DNA of 64,000 nucleotides from Phyllobates terribilis (Eukaryota), in NCBI RefSeq assembly GCF_046119375.1, contig NW_027362769.1, forward strand, positions 410,440,001-410,504,000. Direction: 5' to 3'. This document shows, piece after piece, positions 24,601-34,221 of the stretch. The notes under the pieces are model-generated. The model did not search any database, was not told where the DNA came from, and saw nothing but the letters and a program-made list of their open reading frames with translations. The first letter of the stretch is position 1. Every line of letters starts with the position of its first letter. A program made the translations under genes and the position numbers.

Positions 24601-27600
24601 AGGCTGGGTGCTGCTCCAGAGGCAGGCCTAGAGAAGAGGCCGGAGCCTGAGAGGAGAAGGAGAAGTAGGAACTGGAACTGGAACAGAAAGGAGATAAGGG
24701 AACTGGAACACAGAGAAAGGCCCAGAGACACGAGGACAGAAGGAACCCCATAGGCCCAGGAGATTGCGGGTGAAGGGTTGGCAGAGCAGGGTACCGGAAC
24801 CCAAATTGGTGGAGGTAACAGATTCCTCAGCCAAAGACCGGAGGTTGTGACCACATCTTGGTGCGACCCCTCACTACATCCACCAGGAAGGCATACCACA
24901 TAGGGTCAGGGAAACCGGAGATAGGTTTCGCCAAGAGAAGGCCCGAGGAAGCTGGACAAAGGTGGGTCACTGGTGAGGATGGCCAGAGAAGGTAAGAGAA
25001 GGGAGCCCTGTGCCACGCTCTGGAATTGCCTGGGAGTTGGTCGAGCCCCTTGCCTGGTGGACGCAGCACGGCTTGGGCAGTCATCGCCTGCAAGATTGAC
25101 ACGAATAACAACTGTGAGTAAAGCATTGGAAACTGCAGCCCCACGTCTCTGTGTTTCATCGCCGCACCAGCACCATCAGTATTGGGACGCTCACACCATC
25201 ACTCCCATCATCCACACAAGCTGCCCTGAGGCAATACTTCTCCCGTGGGGAGTTATCCCATACTTGGCTGCGCATACAACATCAGCCTCAGCGGTCTGCA
25301 GCGCAGCGGCGGTCCCCACTGACCGCAATATCCACGGGTGGCGTAGTCGGACAATTATCATAATACTAAGACTGCCACTGGTTTGACCACCCTGAGCCAC
25401 GGACCGGGTCACCGCCACACTGAGACTACCACCCCCAGCATCCCACCAGAGGCCCGGTTCCGGGTTCCCCACACGGCCCAGGGGGCGAGTCAACTCTTAC
25501 AAGCAGCTTGCCATGTGAATAGAGTGCTATACCCCAAAGCTGCTCCATCTAATGTCTTATCGACAGCCTCATCTGGTTCTCTCTGCTCAAACTCTCATGT
25601 CCTTACTCTGGTCAATGACTGTTGGGGTCATGTAGGATATAGACCTTCTCCTTCCCCTTTGTACTTATTCTGAGGTGGGAAGATAAGGCAGTCCATGGTT
25701 CAGAGTAAAGACCAAGAGACACATTAGATAGATGTAATCTAAGTGATCGGCTGACAGCGTCTCTCCCAACTCCTCCATACACATGAACAGTTGGCCAAGC
25801 ATCATCTGTCGGGGAGAGTATAGAGGTCCTCATAGCCAAGCATCATCGGTCGAGGAGAGTCTAGAGGTCCTCATAGCCAAGCATCATCTGTCGGGGAGAG
25901 TCTAGAGGTCCTCATAGCCAAGCATCATCTGTCGGGGAGAGTCTAGAGATCCTCATAGCCAAGCATCATCTGTCGGGGAGAGTCTAGAGGTCCTCAAAGC
26001 CAAGCATCATCTGTCGGGGAGAGTCTAGAGATCCTCATAGCCAAGCATCATCTGTCGGGGAGAGTATAGAAGTCCTCATAGCCAAGCATCATCGGTCAGG
26101 GAGAGTCTAGAGGTCCTCATAGCCAAGCATCATCTGTCGGGGAGAGTCTAGAGGTCCTCATAGCCAAGCATCATCTGTCGGGGAGAGTCTAGAGATCCTC
26201 ATAGCCAAGCATCATCTGTCGGGGAGAGTATAGAGGTACTCATAGCCAAGCATCATCTGTCGGGGAGAGTCTAGAGGTCCTCATAGCCAAGCATCATCTG
26301 TCGGGGAGAGTCTAGAGGTCCTCATAGCCAAGCATCATCTGTCGGGGAGAGTATAGAGGTCCTCATAGCCAAGCATCATCTGTCGGGGAGAGTCTAGAGA
26401 TCCTCATAGCCAAGCATCATCTGTCGGGGAGAGTATAGAGGTCCTCATAGCCAAGCATCATCTGTCGGGGAGAGTATAGAGGTCCGCATAGCCAAGCATC
26501 ATCTGTCGGAGAGAGTCTAGAGATCCTCATAGCCAAGCATCATCTGTCGGGGAGAGTATAGAGGTCTTCATAGCCAAGCATCATCTGTCGGGGAGAGTCT
26601 AGAGGTCCTCATACACATTAGACTGTCGGCCACTCCTACAGATATCAGTGGTTTAGGAAGACTTTGGTTAAAGGTGTACAGGAGACCCTTAGACAATCAC
26701 TGTATTCCTATATGGAAGCTATGACATAATATGTAACTTAAAAATCCACAATTGTGCTGTGAACACAATTCACCGTGTCGAGACTCCATATATTACATTT
26801 TATTATCCTCCGTTTATCCTTCCCATATTATACCTTTGACTCCGCCATTTATTTACAAAAACACATAAAACCTGTAACGAAGTAAAGGATTTTCAGGCAC
26901 TAACCTCGGGCGGCGACATTGTTAGATTCCGGCTCCGAGGAATTATAAAAACACTTCTGATAATCTGACATCTTCTCCATCGCTGTGAACAGGAAGACAG
27001 CCCGGGCATATTTCTTTATATTCGGATACTTTTCTATCATCCGATCCTTCTCATCATTATCGCTGTTCCTTACATTATCAATCACCACAACCAGATTCTT
27101 CTTCCCTGTAAACACAAGACTGAGTTCAGACCACGACCGTTTAAACTGAGATATTAATAGAAAAAAAATTTATGTTACAGATTATACAGATTTTTCTAAT
27201 TTTTCATTAAACTCACAACAGAAAATATTGCTATTTCTCACTGTCCGCTGAGTCCTCACAATAAGTGTATAATTCCTGTGACTTTTCCGCTTACACTGTG
27301 CACACTGGGACCAGAGTCAGCAGTTATCTCATTATCAGCACAGACAGGAGGACAATGAGTGGCTCTATTATAAAGACAGATCACATAGGAGCCATCATTG
27401 ATTACAGGCCCCGGGGGCCACTCTGCTCCTGTACAGCGGCCTCAGTACATGACACAGAGCATGCTCATAACACTCTTATATAGGAGTCAGTAAGTTATGG
27501 GAGCAGGTCAGCTCCTCCCCCCCTGCACAGAGACCTCTGCACATGGCACAGAGCATGCTCAGTACATTGTCTCATAGAAATCAAGAGGTGATTGGAGCAG

Positions 27601-29642
27601 GTCAGCTCCTCCCCCTCCTGCACAGAGACCTCTGCACATGGCACAGAGCATGCTCAGTACATTGTCTCATAGAAATCAAGAGGTGATTGGAGCAGGTCAG
27701 CTCCTCCCCCTCCTGCACAGACACCTCTGTATTTGAAACAGAGCATGCTCAGTACATCATCACATAGAAATCAAGAGGTGATTGGAGCAGGTCAGCTCCT
27801 CCCCCTCCTGCACAGAGACCTCTGCACATGGCACAGAGCATGCTCAGTACATTGTCTCATAGAAATCAAGAGGTGATTGGAGCAGATCAGCTCCTCCCCG
27901 TCCTGCACAGACACCTCTGTACTTGAAACAGAGCATGCTCAGTACATCGTCACATAGAAATCAAGAGGTGATTGGAGCAGGTCAGCTCCTCCCCCTCCTG
28001 CACAGAGACCTCTGCACATGGCACAGAGCATGCTCAGTACATTGTCTCATAGAAATCAAGAGGTGATTGGAGCAGGTCAGCTCCTCCCCCTCCTGCACAG
28101 ACACCTCTGTACTTGGCACAGAGCATGCTCAGTACATTGTCTCATAGAAATCAAGAGGTGATTGGAGCAGGTCAGCTCCTCCCCCTCCTGCACAGAGACC
28201 TCTGCACATGGCACAGAGCATGCTTCCTTCTCCCGCCTTCTTGTAGAGACAACTACCACTGTCCGTCCTTCCTCTGGATCAGCAGAGCCAATCATGGACT
28301 GATGGACATGACTATATATTTAGCATTATGGACGCATTGAGTGACATTTTGGTTTTATTCTTGCACCTGGCAGCAGTAGACGGTGAAACGCCGGCGCACA
28401 ATGACTCTGCAGAGTGGACGACAGCACTCAGTCCTCACAAGCCTCTTACCTTGCAGTGACAGTGACTTCAGCCTCAGAGTCGGTGTCGCGCCCGGTGTCG
28501 AGTCATATTCTCTATGGACGTAGATGCAGAAGGTGTACTCGGCGCTCTGCTTCTCCCAGCTCTTTTCCTTAATCGTACTGATGTTGATGAAGTTTGTCTG
28601 CCTGACTTGTTCTTTAAAATGTACAGAGTTTATTTTTGTCACCAACCACTGGACGTCGCCCTCATCAAGAGCGGAGATGACTACGACGTTGTGTCCCGAC
28701 GTCTGCTGGCTCTACAATGGCAGAGGACATTATACAAGCTGGACACTTATCACGGTGATGGCATTCACATAGGAGAACACTGATTTTTTCGATCTGCTTA
28801 AAGTATTTAAAATACTTTAAATAGTCACAAAACTATTGTGTAACTTTACGTTTTTACGCCACTTTTGGACAACTCTACCAAAATGGTTGGAGCATGTGAA
28901 GGACGTGGAATGGTGAAATCCGCTTGATAAATTCATCAAAGCTTGTGGCGTAACATACCAGAAATGAGATGTGAGGCTGAAACGTCGGCCCAGACCCTCT
29001 CCTTTGATGTAATTATGTAATAACATATAATACCTATAATATCTTCTACTATTCGGGGCACAAAAAAGCTTAAAGAGTTTTTACGCTCCTTTCTCTATCT
29101 TTACACATGACCTCAGTTTGGTAAATGGATAAGAAATAGCATATCCTTACCTTCTGTTCCCCTTACGATCCATCATTCCATTGACCGTGTCCTTTGCAGG
29201 TCTCCTCTTCTAAAGTAGCGTGCACATGACAGCTGCAGCCAATCACCATGGTCACTGATTGGTTGCAGCAGTCACATGCTGACCCTGCCAAAAGAGAAGG
29301 AGAGGAGAAAGGCGATGGACATGGCCAGCGGGAGGTGGAGGTGTGGCGAGTGAGTGGAAGGTGAGTAGGTGCCATTTCTGATCACATTTGAACCAAACGC
29401 AAAATTAACAAAAGGGGTTTGGGAGTAACTTTTGTAAGTAGAGAAGTGGATCTTATGTGGTCATCCATAATAGTAAAGGAGATACCAGATCTTTCCTACA
29501 AGATCTGCAGTTACTGAAGGGAAACTGGATCCCTCAGGTTGCAGATTTGGAGCAAATCAAAGGGATTCATGTTTTGGAGAATCGTTCATCCAGAACTTCT
29601 CAATAAATCTAAATCTTACCGATTTCTTTCCCTTTGTCAGAT
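9601..29642 (-). CDS. Multi-exon host gene, uncharacterised protein with two tandem alpha/beta (TIR-like?) domains; 5' and 3' ends not located
   Basis: Exons 29642-29620, 28711-28450, 27105-26905, 19599-19574, 19181-18899, 11068-10874 and 9689-9601 all have AG/GT boundaries and compatible phases (1-0, 0-1, 1-1 repeated). They splice to a stop-free frame with two homologous domains. Confidence 0.85.
9726..10570 (+). mobile_element. Non-autonomous Helitron-like element with internal 31-bp tandem array (~10195-10480)
   Basis: Starts TC after A, ends CTAG before T, short GC-rich hairpin-like motif shortly before the end, no TSD. Unit GGGATGAGGGGTGCCATGCATACCAGGATTG. Confidence 0.55.
10874..11068 (-). 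CDS. Exon B2 (G-KKNTIVIIDDLEDSGDGKKSQILLSQPTIANYASDLILISY...LQLS)
   Basis: TTTGCAG acceptor, CAG|GTATGA donor, 195 bp, phase 1 to 1. Unspliced read-through would stop at 10779. Confidence 0.85.
11102..11190. repeat. 22-bp tandem repeat, 4 copies
   Basis: Unit CTGAAGATCCATGTCTCCTCTA. Confidence 0.95.
12790..13125. repeat. 37-bp VNTR inside the 5' LTR (one unit longer in the 3' LTR, ~16935-17305)
   Basis: Unit GCTCCGGCAGTCCTGTCCTGCCCTGCTTCTGCCCGCT; LTR lengths 1960 vs 1997 differ by exactly 37. Confidence 0.9.
13901..16462 (+). CDS. 853-aa ORF: sushi-type Gag N-terminal capsid half + seven 57-aa Ser/Pro/Glu-rich repeats + read-through into the 3' LTR
   Basis: RYYGDP..FVEQC.LHF...DRVKVAFIMSYLAGDALEW.NPL...VFDDP aligns with Gag of the element at 34222; 171-bp repeat period (e.g. 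14941 vs 15112); no zinc knuckle, PR, RT or IN. Confidence 0.8.
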   Translation: MDLSALVPADPLRYYGDPRQSRAFVEQCMLHFKFYPLCFPTDRVKVAFIMSYLAGDALEWINPLYETQDPILLDLMAFLVAFLMVFDDPNPEAPAEASLPNIPEQPQWVMCVGSAIVLQPNETTAHPESSQGDYAFRNTSPNLKRQSRRARRRGKPSRQGLSSLRPPDPNLEVPTEASSPCIPEKPQRVMCVGSAPVLLPEETSAHPDSTQENFLHPASDASPTLTGVHVQGCSKAVVTSESVHLYYLAEDPLLPPESSGIPLDDKWRETSLHPVLDTLSASSCEPDNGYPKVVVTPESLHPSDQAEDLQLSPGPFGVLPGSERTETLLYSVPDTSLASSSESNLVYSEAEVTPESLHPSDQAEDLQLSTEPFGVLPGSERTETLLYSVPDTSLASSTESNLVYSEAVVTPESLHPSDQAEDLQLSPEPFGVPPGGEWTETFLYPGSDTSLASSSESDLVYSEAEVTRESLHPSDQVEDLQLSPEPFGVPPGGEWTETFLYSVPDTSPASSSESDLVYSEADVFSEPRHSSDPAEDLQLFPESSGVPPDNKETVTFPYYVPDNPSISSCELDKMYLEAEITPKSLSPSNPVEDFQLSPVPSGVPPENMWRETSLCAVPGTPPVSSVAKGGWMGGSILANQRRPVFPVDSGSDLFEVKNWPSNSLRKILAGLKKRGRKGGGTVTYLAASLHSGPSPTVQERALDLLSRMSLWLSSLLSVCLFWLHRATPAELPVSCTCCGHAPVAPSAYCCPSLGIYTTFFLKMAPEHSVSFSVCLHSEGARSRSVFSCLPILEAVFPDLSEHAPSLFLLPSRGRLPRPVPVSCLTCLNTLLACSSRLLGADYLDPLLYLVCPV
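17980..18812. repeat. Degenerate (CCCTAA)n-like low-complexity tracts (17980-18006 and ~18535-18812) flanking a probable MITE remnant
   Basis: Many AACCCT/AATCCT/CCTAAC hexamer variants. Confidence 0.5.
18899..19181 (-). CDS. Exon A2 (VVFGTKYNVGIFSSSAERDYSWL...CTFGILYHT...DSLYDEELLQLSTTL-G)
   Basis: TTTCATTTCAAG acceptor, GTAAGA donor, 283 bp, phase 0 to 1. Confidence 0.88.
19296..19560 (+). mobile_element. tRNA-derived SINE (V-SINE-like)
   Basis: B-box-like GGGTTCAATCCC (~19343), central TGTTCTCCCCGT...GGTTTCCTCCCAC core, (AAAT)n tail; second copy at 62863-63125. Confidence 0.75.
19574..19599 (-). CDS. Linker micro-exon 2 (26 bp; G-YQADISKQ)
   Basis: TCTTTTTGCTCTACAG acceptor, CAG|GTAGAT donor; supplies exactly the phase 1 to 0 change needed between B1 and A2. 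Confidence 0.75.
21806..21823 (+). promoter_or_regulatory. Primer-binding site complementary to the tRNA-Ser 3' end
   Basis: TGGCGTAGTCGGCAGGAT is the reverse complement of the vertebrate tRNA-Ser end ...ATCCTGCCGACTACGCCA. Confidence 0.9.
22013..23591 (+). pseudogene. Disrupted long ORF: Pro/Ala-rich region, CPWCG motif, Arg/Glu coiled-coil, C-terminal cold-shock domain
   Basis: 23277-23490 translates ATRTIVKFQLEHDWGFIRDPEADTDVFVTRRDVESH...DLYPGDGVTYTRHKGAKGLYALHVHR, matching the CSD pattern (VKxF, RNP1 WGFI, RNP2 DVFV, GDxVxY, GxKGxxAxxV). In frame with ORF 22743..23276 across one TGA. Confidence 0.7.
25794..26612. repeat. 41-bp minisatellite, ~20 copies
   Basis: Unit CATAGCCAAGCATCATCTGTCGGGGAGAGTCTAGAGGTCCT. 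Confidence 0.95.
26905..27105 (-). CDS. Exon B1 (G-KKNLVVVIDNVRNSDNDEKDRMIEKYPNIKKYARAVFLF...VAAR)
   Basis: TGTGTTTACAG acceptor, GTTAGT donor, 201 bp, phase 1 to 1; homologous to exon B2. Confidence 0.85.
27500..28224. repeat. 95-bp tandem repeat, ~7.5 copies, in the A1-B1 intron
   Basis: ATTGGAGCAG recurs at 27591, 27686 and 27781. Confidence 0.95.
28450..28711 (-). CDS. Exon A1 (SQQTSGHNVVVISALDEGDVQWLV...YTFCIYVH...LSLQ-G)
   Basis: CCATTGTAG acceptor, GTAAGA donor, 262 bp, phase 0 to 1; homologous to exon A2. Confidence 0.8.
29620..29642 (-). CDS. Linker micro-exon 1 (23 bp; xD-LTKGKKS)
   Basis: TTTTTCTGTTTTTCAG acceptor, GTAAGA donor, phase 1 to 0. Confidence 0.7.
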
Positions 29643-29821
29643 CTGAAAAACAGAAAAAGAAACAATAATGGAGTAAATGTACCGTGTAGACCTCTGTGAC
29701 ATTACGGTACACTGACTTATTGTAGGCTTCGTCATTAGGAGCAACGGGAGTAAAGAGCCTTTAGAATTGCAGAAATTGTGCCCCTCCACCTAATGAATGG
29801 TGGATTGTCTGATAACATGAC

Positions 29822-31004
29822 TGTCAGGCAAAATGTATTTTTGTCCTAGTTTTAAAAATGTTGAAAGGATAGCCAGAGATGCCTTAAATCTCCGCCCCCT
29901 GTTCACTTGGAAGGGACCTCCATAGAAATCTACTCTTGCTTCCCCCAAACAAGGAATTTTTATAATCGCCATAAACCTCAGCCCAGAGCAAGCATATTGG
30001 TCTACACTGGATTTCCTCTCCAAAGCCCTATTGTGTAACTGTGCAAACTTTTAATGTCGAGTTTAATAATGCCCATGACCGTCACAAACACATGGACCAC
30101 ATTTTTGGGATGTTCACCTTTTTCCAGTTATGATGGTGTATCTTTCATAACTGGGAAACCACCAGAAACCTAGGAAATGGGTTCTGAGCTTCTGAACATC
30201 ATAGAAATATCATATTTGATATCAATCTCTGTGAATATTGGTGACGGCAAACATGATGTATCCATCTTGGATGTGGGGCATCCCCCATACCATGATTTGG
30301 AAGATGAAGGATTTTTATGTCTTGTGCAGCTGGGTGGGTTCACAAAACCGAGCCCCCGTGTGAGGTAAACAACATGGGTGTGTCCTAGTGTTTTGCCTCC
30401 TTACTAAAAACCAGAACGTCCATGTTGGCTCATTCCAACCCAGGGACGTCAGACGTAAGCACTCCTCGCTGCGTGGAGGAATCACATCTAATTTCTGGGG
30501 AGCCGTCCCCCCACAGAATCTGAGACCTCATGGCACAGGTTTTGCTATTATTTACCCCTTTTATTTTAATAACTGTTTTATGCATATATGTAAATTGTCT
30601 CTTTTATAATATCTTGTATATCTTTTGTAAACACTACCAACTTTCGGGAGTAAATCATTATTATTTACCAGCTTCGTTCTTCTTGTCCTATGTCGAGCAA
30701 ACACATCCCTCACCCGCTAATTCACGTTACCTAACGGGTACCCGATCCACCTGTTAAGCGATCGGTGGTGGCAGTATACCAGTATTTATTTGATATTGTG
30801 GTTTGAGGGTGGCTGGACAGAGGTATATATACGTTTCTGGAATGAACTGGTGGTATATATACGTCCTGTCACATCACGTGCCACAATAGGCGACATAAAT
30901 GAGAGCAGCTGTACCCTGTTGCTTATTCTCGGTCAATACCGTGTTTGACCAGCAGGATAAGGGGTCGCCAGAGGGCTGCAAGGTCTGACCAAGTTTTCCT
31001 GACA
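29822..31004 (+). mobile_element. Solo LTR of a Gmr1-like family
   Basis: TGTCAGGCAAAA...TTTTCCTGACA; 5-bp TSD ATGAC (29817-21 / 31005-09); long near-identical blocks shared with LTR 3854-5044. Confidence 0.92.
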
Positions 31005-34000
31005 ATGACCCTGTAGGGCTCCATGTAGATGACGTTGTGTGCTCAATGGATGTAGGAGGATGATTAGATAAACTGAGGAGATCACGATTCAATGAGTCAC
31101 AACCCTAAGGATGACCTCGTTCTGACAAGTGGCCGTAAGGACAGACAAGGCTCAATGTCATGAGATCGTGTCATGGATGAAACCTGGTGACCAGCAGTGT
31201 CGATATCTTACGTGACCCACCTTTAGTCTGCTCCATGATCTCCTTTAACTGGTTCAGTTTCTGGTACATTACACCCCCCATATTTTATAGCGCTTTAATC
31301 CCCAGATCCACTCAACTCTGTGCTCGACTCAAGACCAACGTCCTTACAGAAGTTCTGTCCTAGAAGACTGGGGATCTTGATGTTCTGAAAGATAAATTTG
31401 TAATATTTGTCTTACTAAATATGATATTAGAGACAAATTATTTTCCAAAGGTGATGATGAAGCTCCTGGGCCCCAGGGAAGAACTTATACAGTAATAGGG
31501 TCCACACCTACTATGTGATCTTTTCATCCCTACGGCGCTTCAAGTACCAGGACCTTCATGCACAATCAGGGCCCCAACTACTATGTGGCAGACAGTGTCT
31601 TCTTATGTGGCAGAGGGGCCCTATTGGGCATTAGGGCCCGAGTGCTATATCTTGTGATATGACATATATTTTATATTAGAATTTCAACATCTTCAATTGT
31701 AATTTGGAAAAAAGAATTGAGAGAAGCCATAATCAATATTCATCAATAATCTATCATCATCACCAATAAATCAATCTTCACCATCAATAATCATTCTTCA
31801 TCACCAATAAATCAATCGTCCTGGTTATGAGAGTCTCTATGTTATCTGAGATCCTGCCATCATTGAACACATTGAATTGAGAATGCTTCTGGCCTCTTAC
31901 TGCATCGGTGGTGCTGTCTTCTCTTTTCCTGGAGGTCTTCAGGTTCCCGGGCGGTTCCTGTGTCTTCTCCCTCCTTTCTTGCCGATTATGTCGCTTATTT
32001 TCCAGCACCAACCCAAGAAGAAAGTTTATAAGGCCCCTTGTGCCTGCATCGTTACCCCAGGCCTCCCGTCCTTCACCTCCTATCTCTCCCTTAACTTTCC
32101 CGGATCTGAGAAGACGCCTCCGCCTTAGCTCCTGCTGATTGACCTTAGGCCCCAATTTATGTTTCGAATATGATTTGCATTCTCAGGTCAAGGTCCACGT
32201 GGGGCGTTCCTCCAGCTCCTTCACAAACAAAGCTGATAAAACCATATAGACTTTACTCACAGGTTTAAGAGGTAAAATAAAAAATGTAACAAAGCTTAAA
32301 GAACATCAGTCCTTACGGGACGAGACGTCGTGTGTGCACCGGAGTGATACCGAGGATTCTCATCGCTACATGCAATGTATCATGCACATTTTGACTGGTT
32401 TGTAATTCATGGAGGAGTCATCTCTTGGCTCCATGTCACATCGTTCATGTGGTTAAAGTTAATAATTGAGAGTATAAAGTGCTCAAAAGTCATTCTTGCA
32501 TTTTCAGGATGGTGTTATCTCTTCCTTTTAGGGCTACGGTCATCCCCAAGTTGATTCCAAGGACAACACAGCTTGATGTTACACGCACGCCGCTAGGTTC
32601 AGATAGGGACGAGACGGGTTTCATGAATTCTTTGGAATCCTGGGCGAACCGTTACTCAAGGCAACCATAGGCTGCAGCTTCTCTCAGGCACACGATAGAT
32701 TCAGTTGCTGACCAGACACATCTGACAAGAGTCTTTTTCAACAGTTTTACAGTGGAATTTAATTTGAAGCACGGCCAGTGCAATTCAGGGATATTACAGC
32801 AACCGGCTCTAGTAACAATACGTAGTTTCTTCACAAGGCACAGTATTACAGTCTCTTCAGTAGTATAATTCAGCATAGATTAGATCTCTTAGCTGCACAC
32901 TTCTATGCTGTAGCGTCGGCGTCTCTGCCTCCTGCTAGGCAGGGACGCTGTTCCCCTCACCTCTCTGCTCCGTGCCCGGCGGCTTCCTCCCGCTCTGCTT
33001 GCAGCGCCCGCTCTCCCCCGGTCACTGTGCTTAGGGCGCGCGCGCGCGCGCTCCCCCTCTCTTAAAGGGGCCGCATGCGCCGCCCTAAGGAGTCCCCGGC
33101 CAATGGCCGGAGGATCCCTCCATATATAAGGCACCTCCTCCAAAATGGAGGTGCCCGAGCAATGTTGTTGCACTGTTCATTACTCTGCTTCAGCCCTCAG
33201 GTCCCGTTTCCAGTTACCTGCCAGTTACCTGCCAGTTTCCTGCCAGTTTGCTGTCTGATTCCTGCCTGTTATCCGCTTACCTGCTTGCTAGCCTTAGGTC
33301 CGACGGTCTGCCTTCCGACACCAGTCAGTCTGTCTATGGACCAGCTTGTCCGCTCACCTGGGAGCGCTCATCTGCTACCTGCCTGTTAGCCTACCTGGAG
33401 GCTCCGTCGTCACGTGCTGTGACCACCTACCAGTCCAGAGACTCTTGCCCGCTCACCTGGGAGCGCTCATCTACTAGCCTACCTGGAGGCTCCGCCGTCA
33501 CGTGCTGTGACCACCTGCCAGTCCAGAGACTCTTGCCCGCTCACCTGGGAGTGCTCATCTACTAGCCTACCTGGAGGCTCCGCCGTCACGTGCTGTGACC
33601 ATCTGCCTGTCCAGAGACTCTCGCCTGCTCACCTGGGAGCACACATCTGCTACTCACCTGCTAGCCTACCTGGAGGCTCCGCTGTCACGTGCTGTGACCA
33701 CCTGCCTGTCCAGAGACTCTCGCCTGCTCACCTGGGAGCACACATCTGCTACTCGCCTGCTAGCCTACCTGGAGGCTCCGCCGTCACGTGCTGTGACCAC
33801 CTGCCTGTCCAGAGACTCTCGCCTGCTCACCTGGGAGCACACATCTGCTACTCGCCTGCTAGCCTATCTGGAGGCTCAGCCGTCACAGGTCGTACCTGCC
33901 CTTTACCCAGAGACTGCCCCGGTCACTTGCCGTGACCACCTGCTCGTTACCCAGAGACTGTCCCGGTCACTTGCCGTGACCACCTGCCCGTTTTCTAGAG

Positions 34001-34221
34001 ACTGTCCCGGTCACTTGCTGTGACCTCCTGCCCGTTTACCCAGAGACTGTCCCGATCACTTGCCGTGACCACCTGCCCGTTTACCCAGAGACTGCCCCGA
34101 TCACTTGCTGTGACTACCTGCCCATCTTCCCTGGGTGCCACCCGCTTCCTTACAAGGACCGCCCCCTTGTATAGTTGCTCAGAGGTTCCGCCTCCCAGAC
34201 CCGTTACAGTTTGCTCGGGCC

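Larger units (their letters stand above)
20519..25495 (+). mobile_element. Non-autonomous Gypsy-type LTR element carrying a cold-shock-domain ORF (no gag/pol recognised)
   Basis: LTRs 20519-21803 and 24210-25495; 4-bp TSD CTTA (20515-18 / 25496-99); PBS 21806-21823; PPT AGGGGGGAA 24201-24209. Confidence 0.92.

Noticed and set aside
29151-29220. Minus-strand GTAAGG donor near 29150 as a coding first exon
   Set aside because: ATG frames give phase 2 and hit a stop in exon A1; could only be a non-coding or alternative exon.
31784-32155. 123-aa minus-strand ORF as a candidate upstream exon of the host gene
   Set aside because: No strong acceptor and no phase-1 donor compatible with exon 29642-29620; left unassigned.
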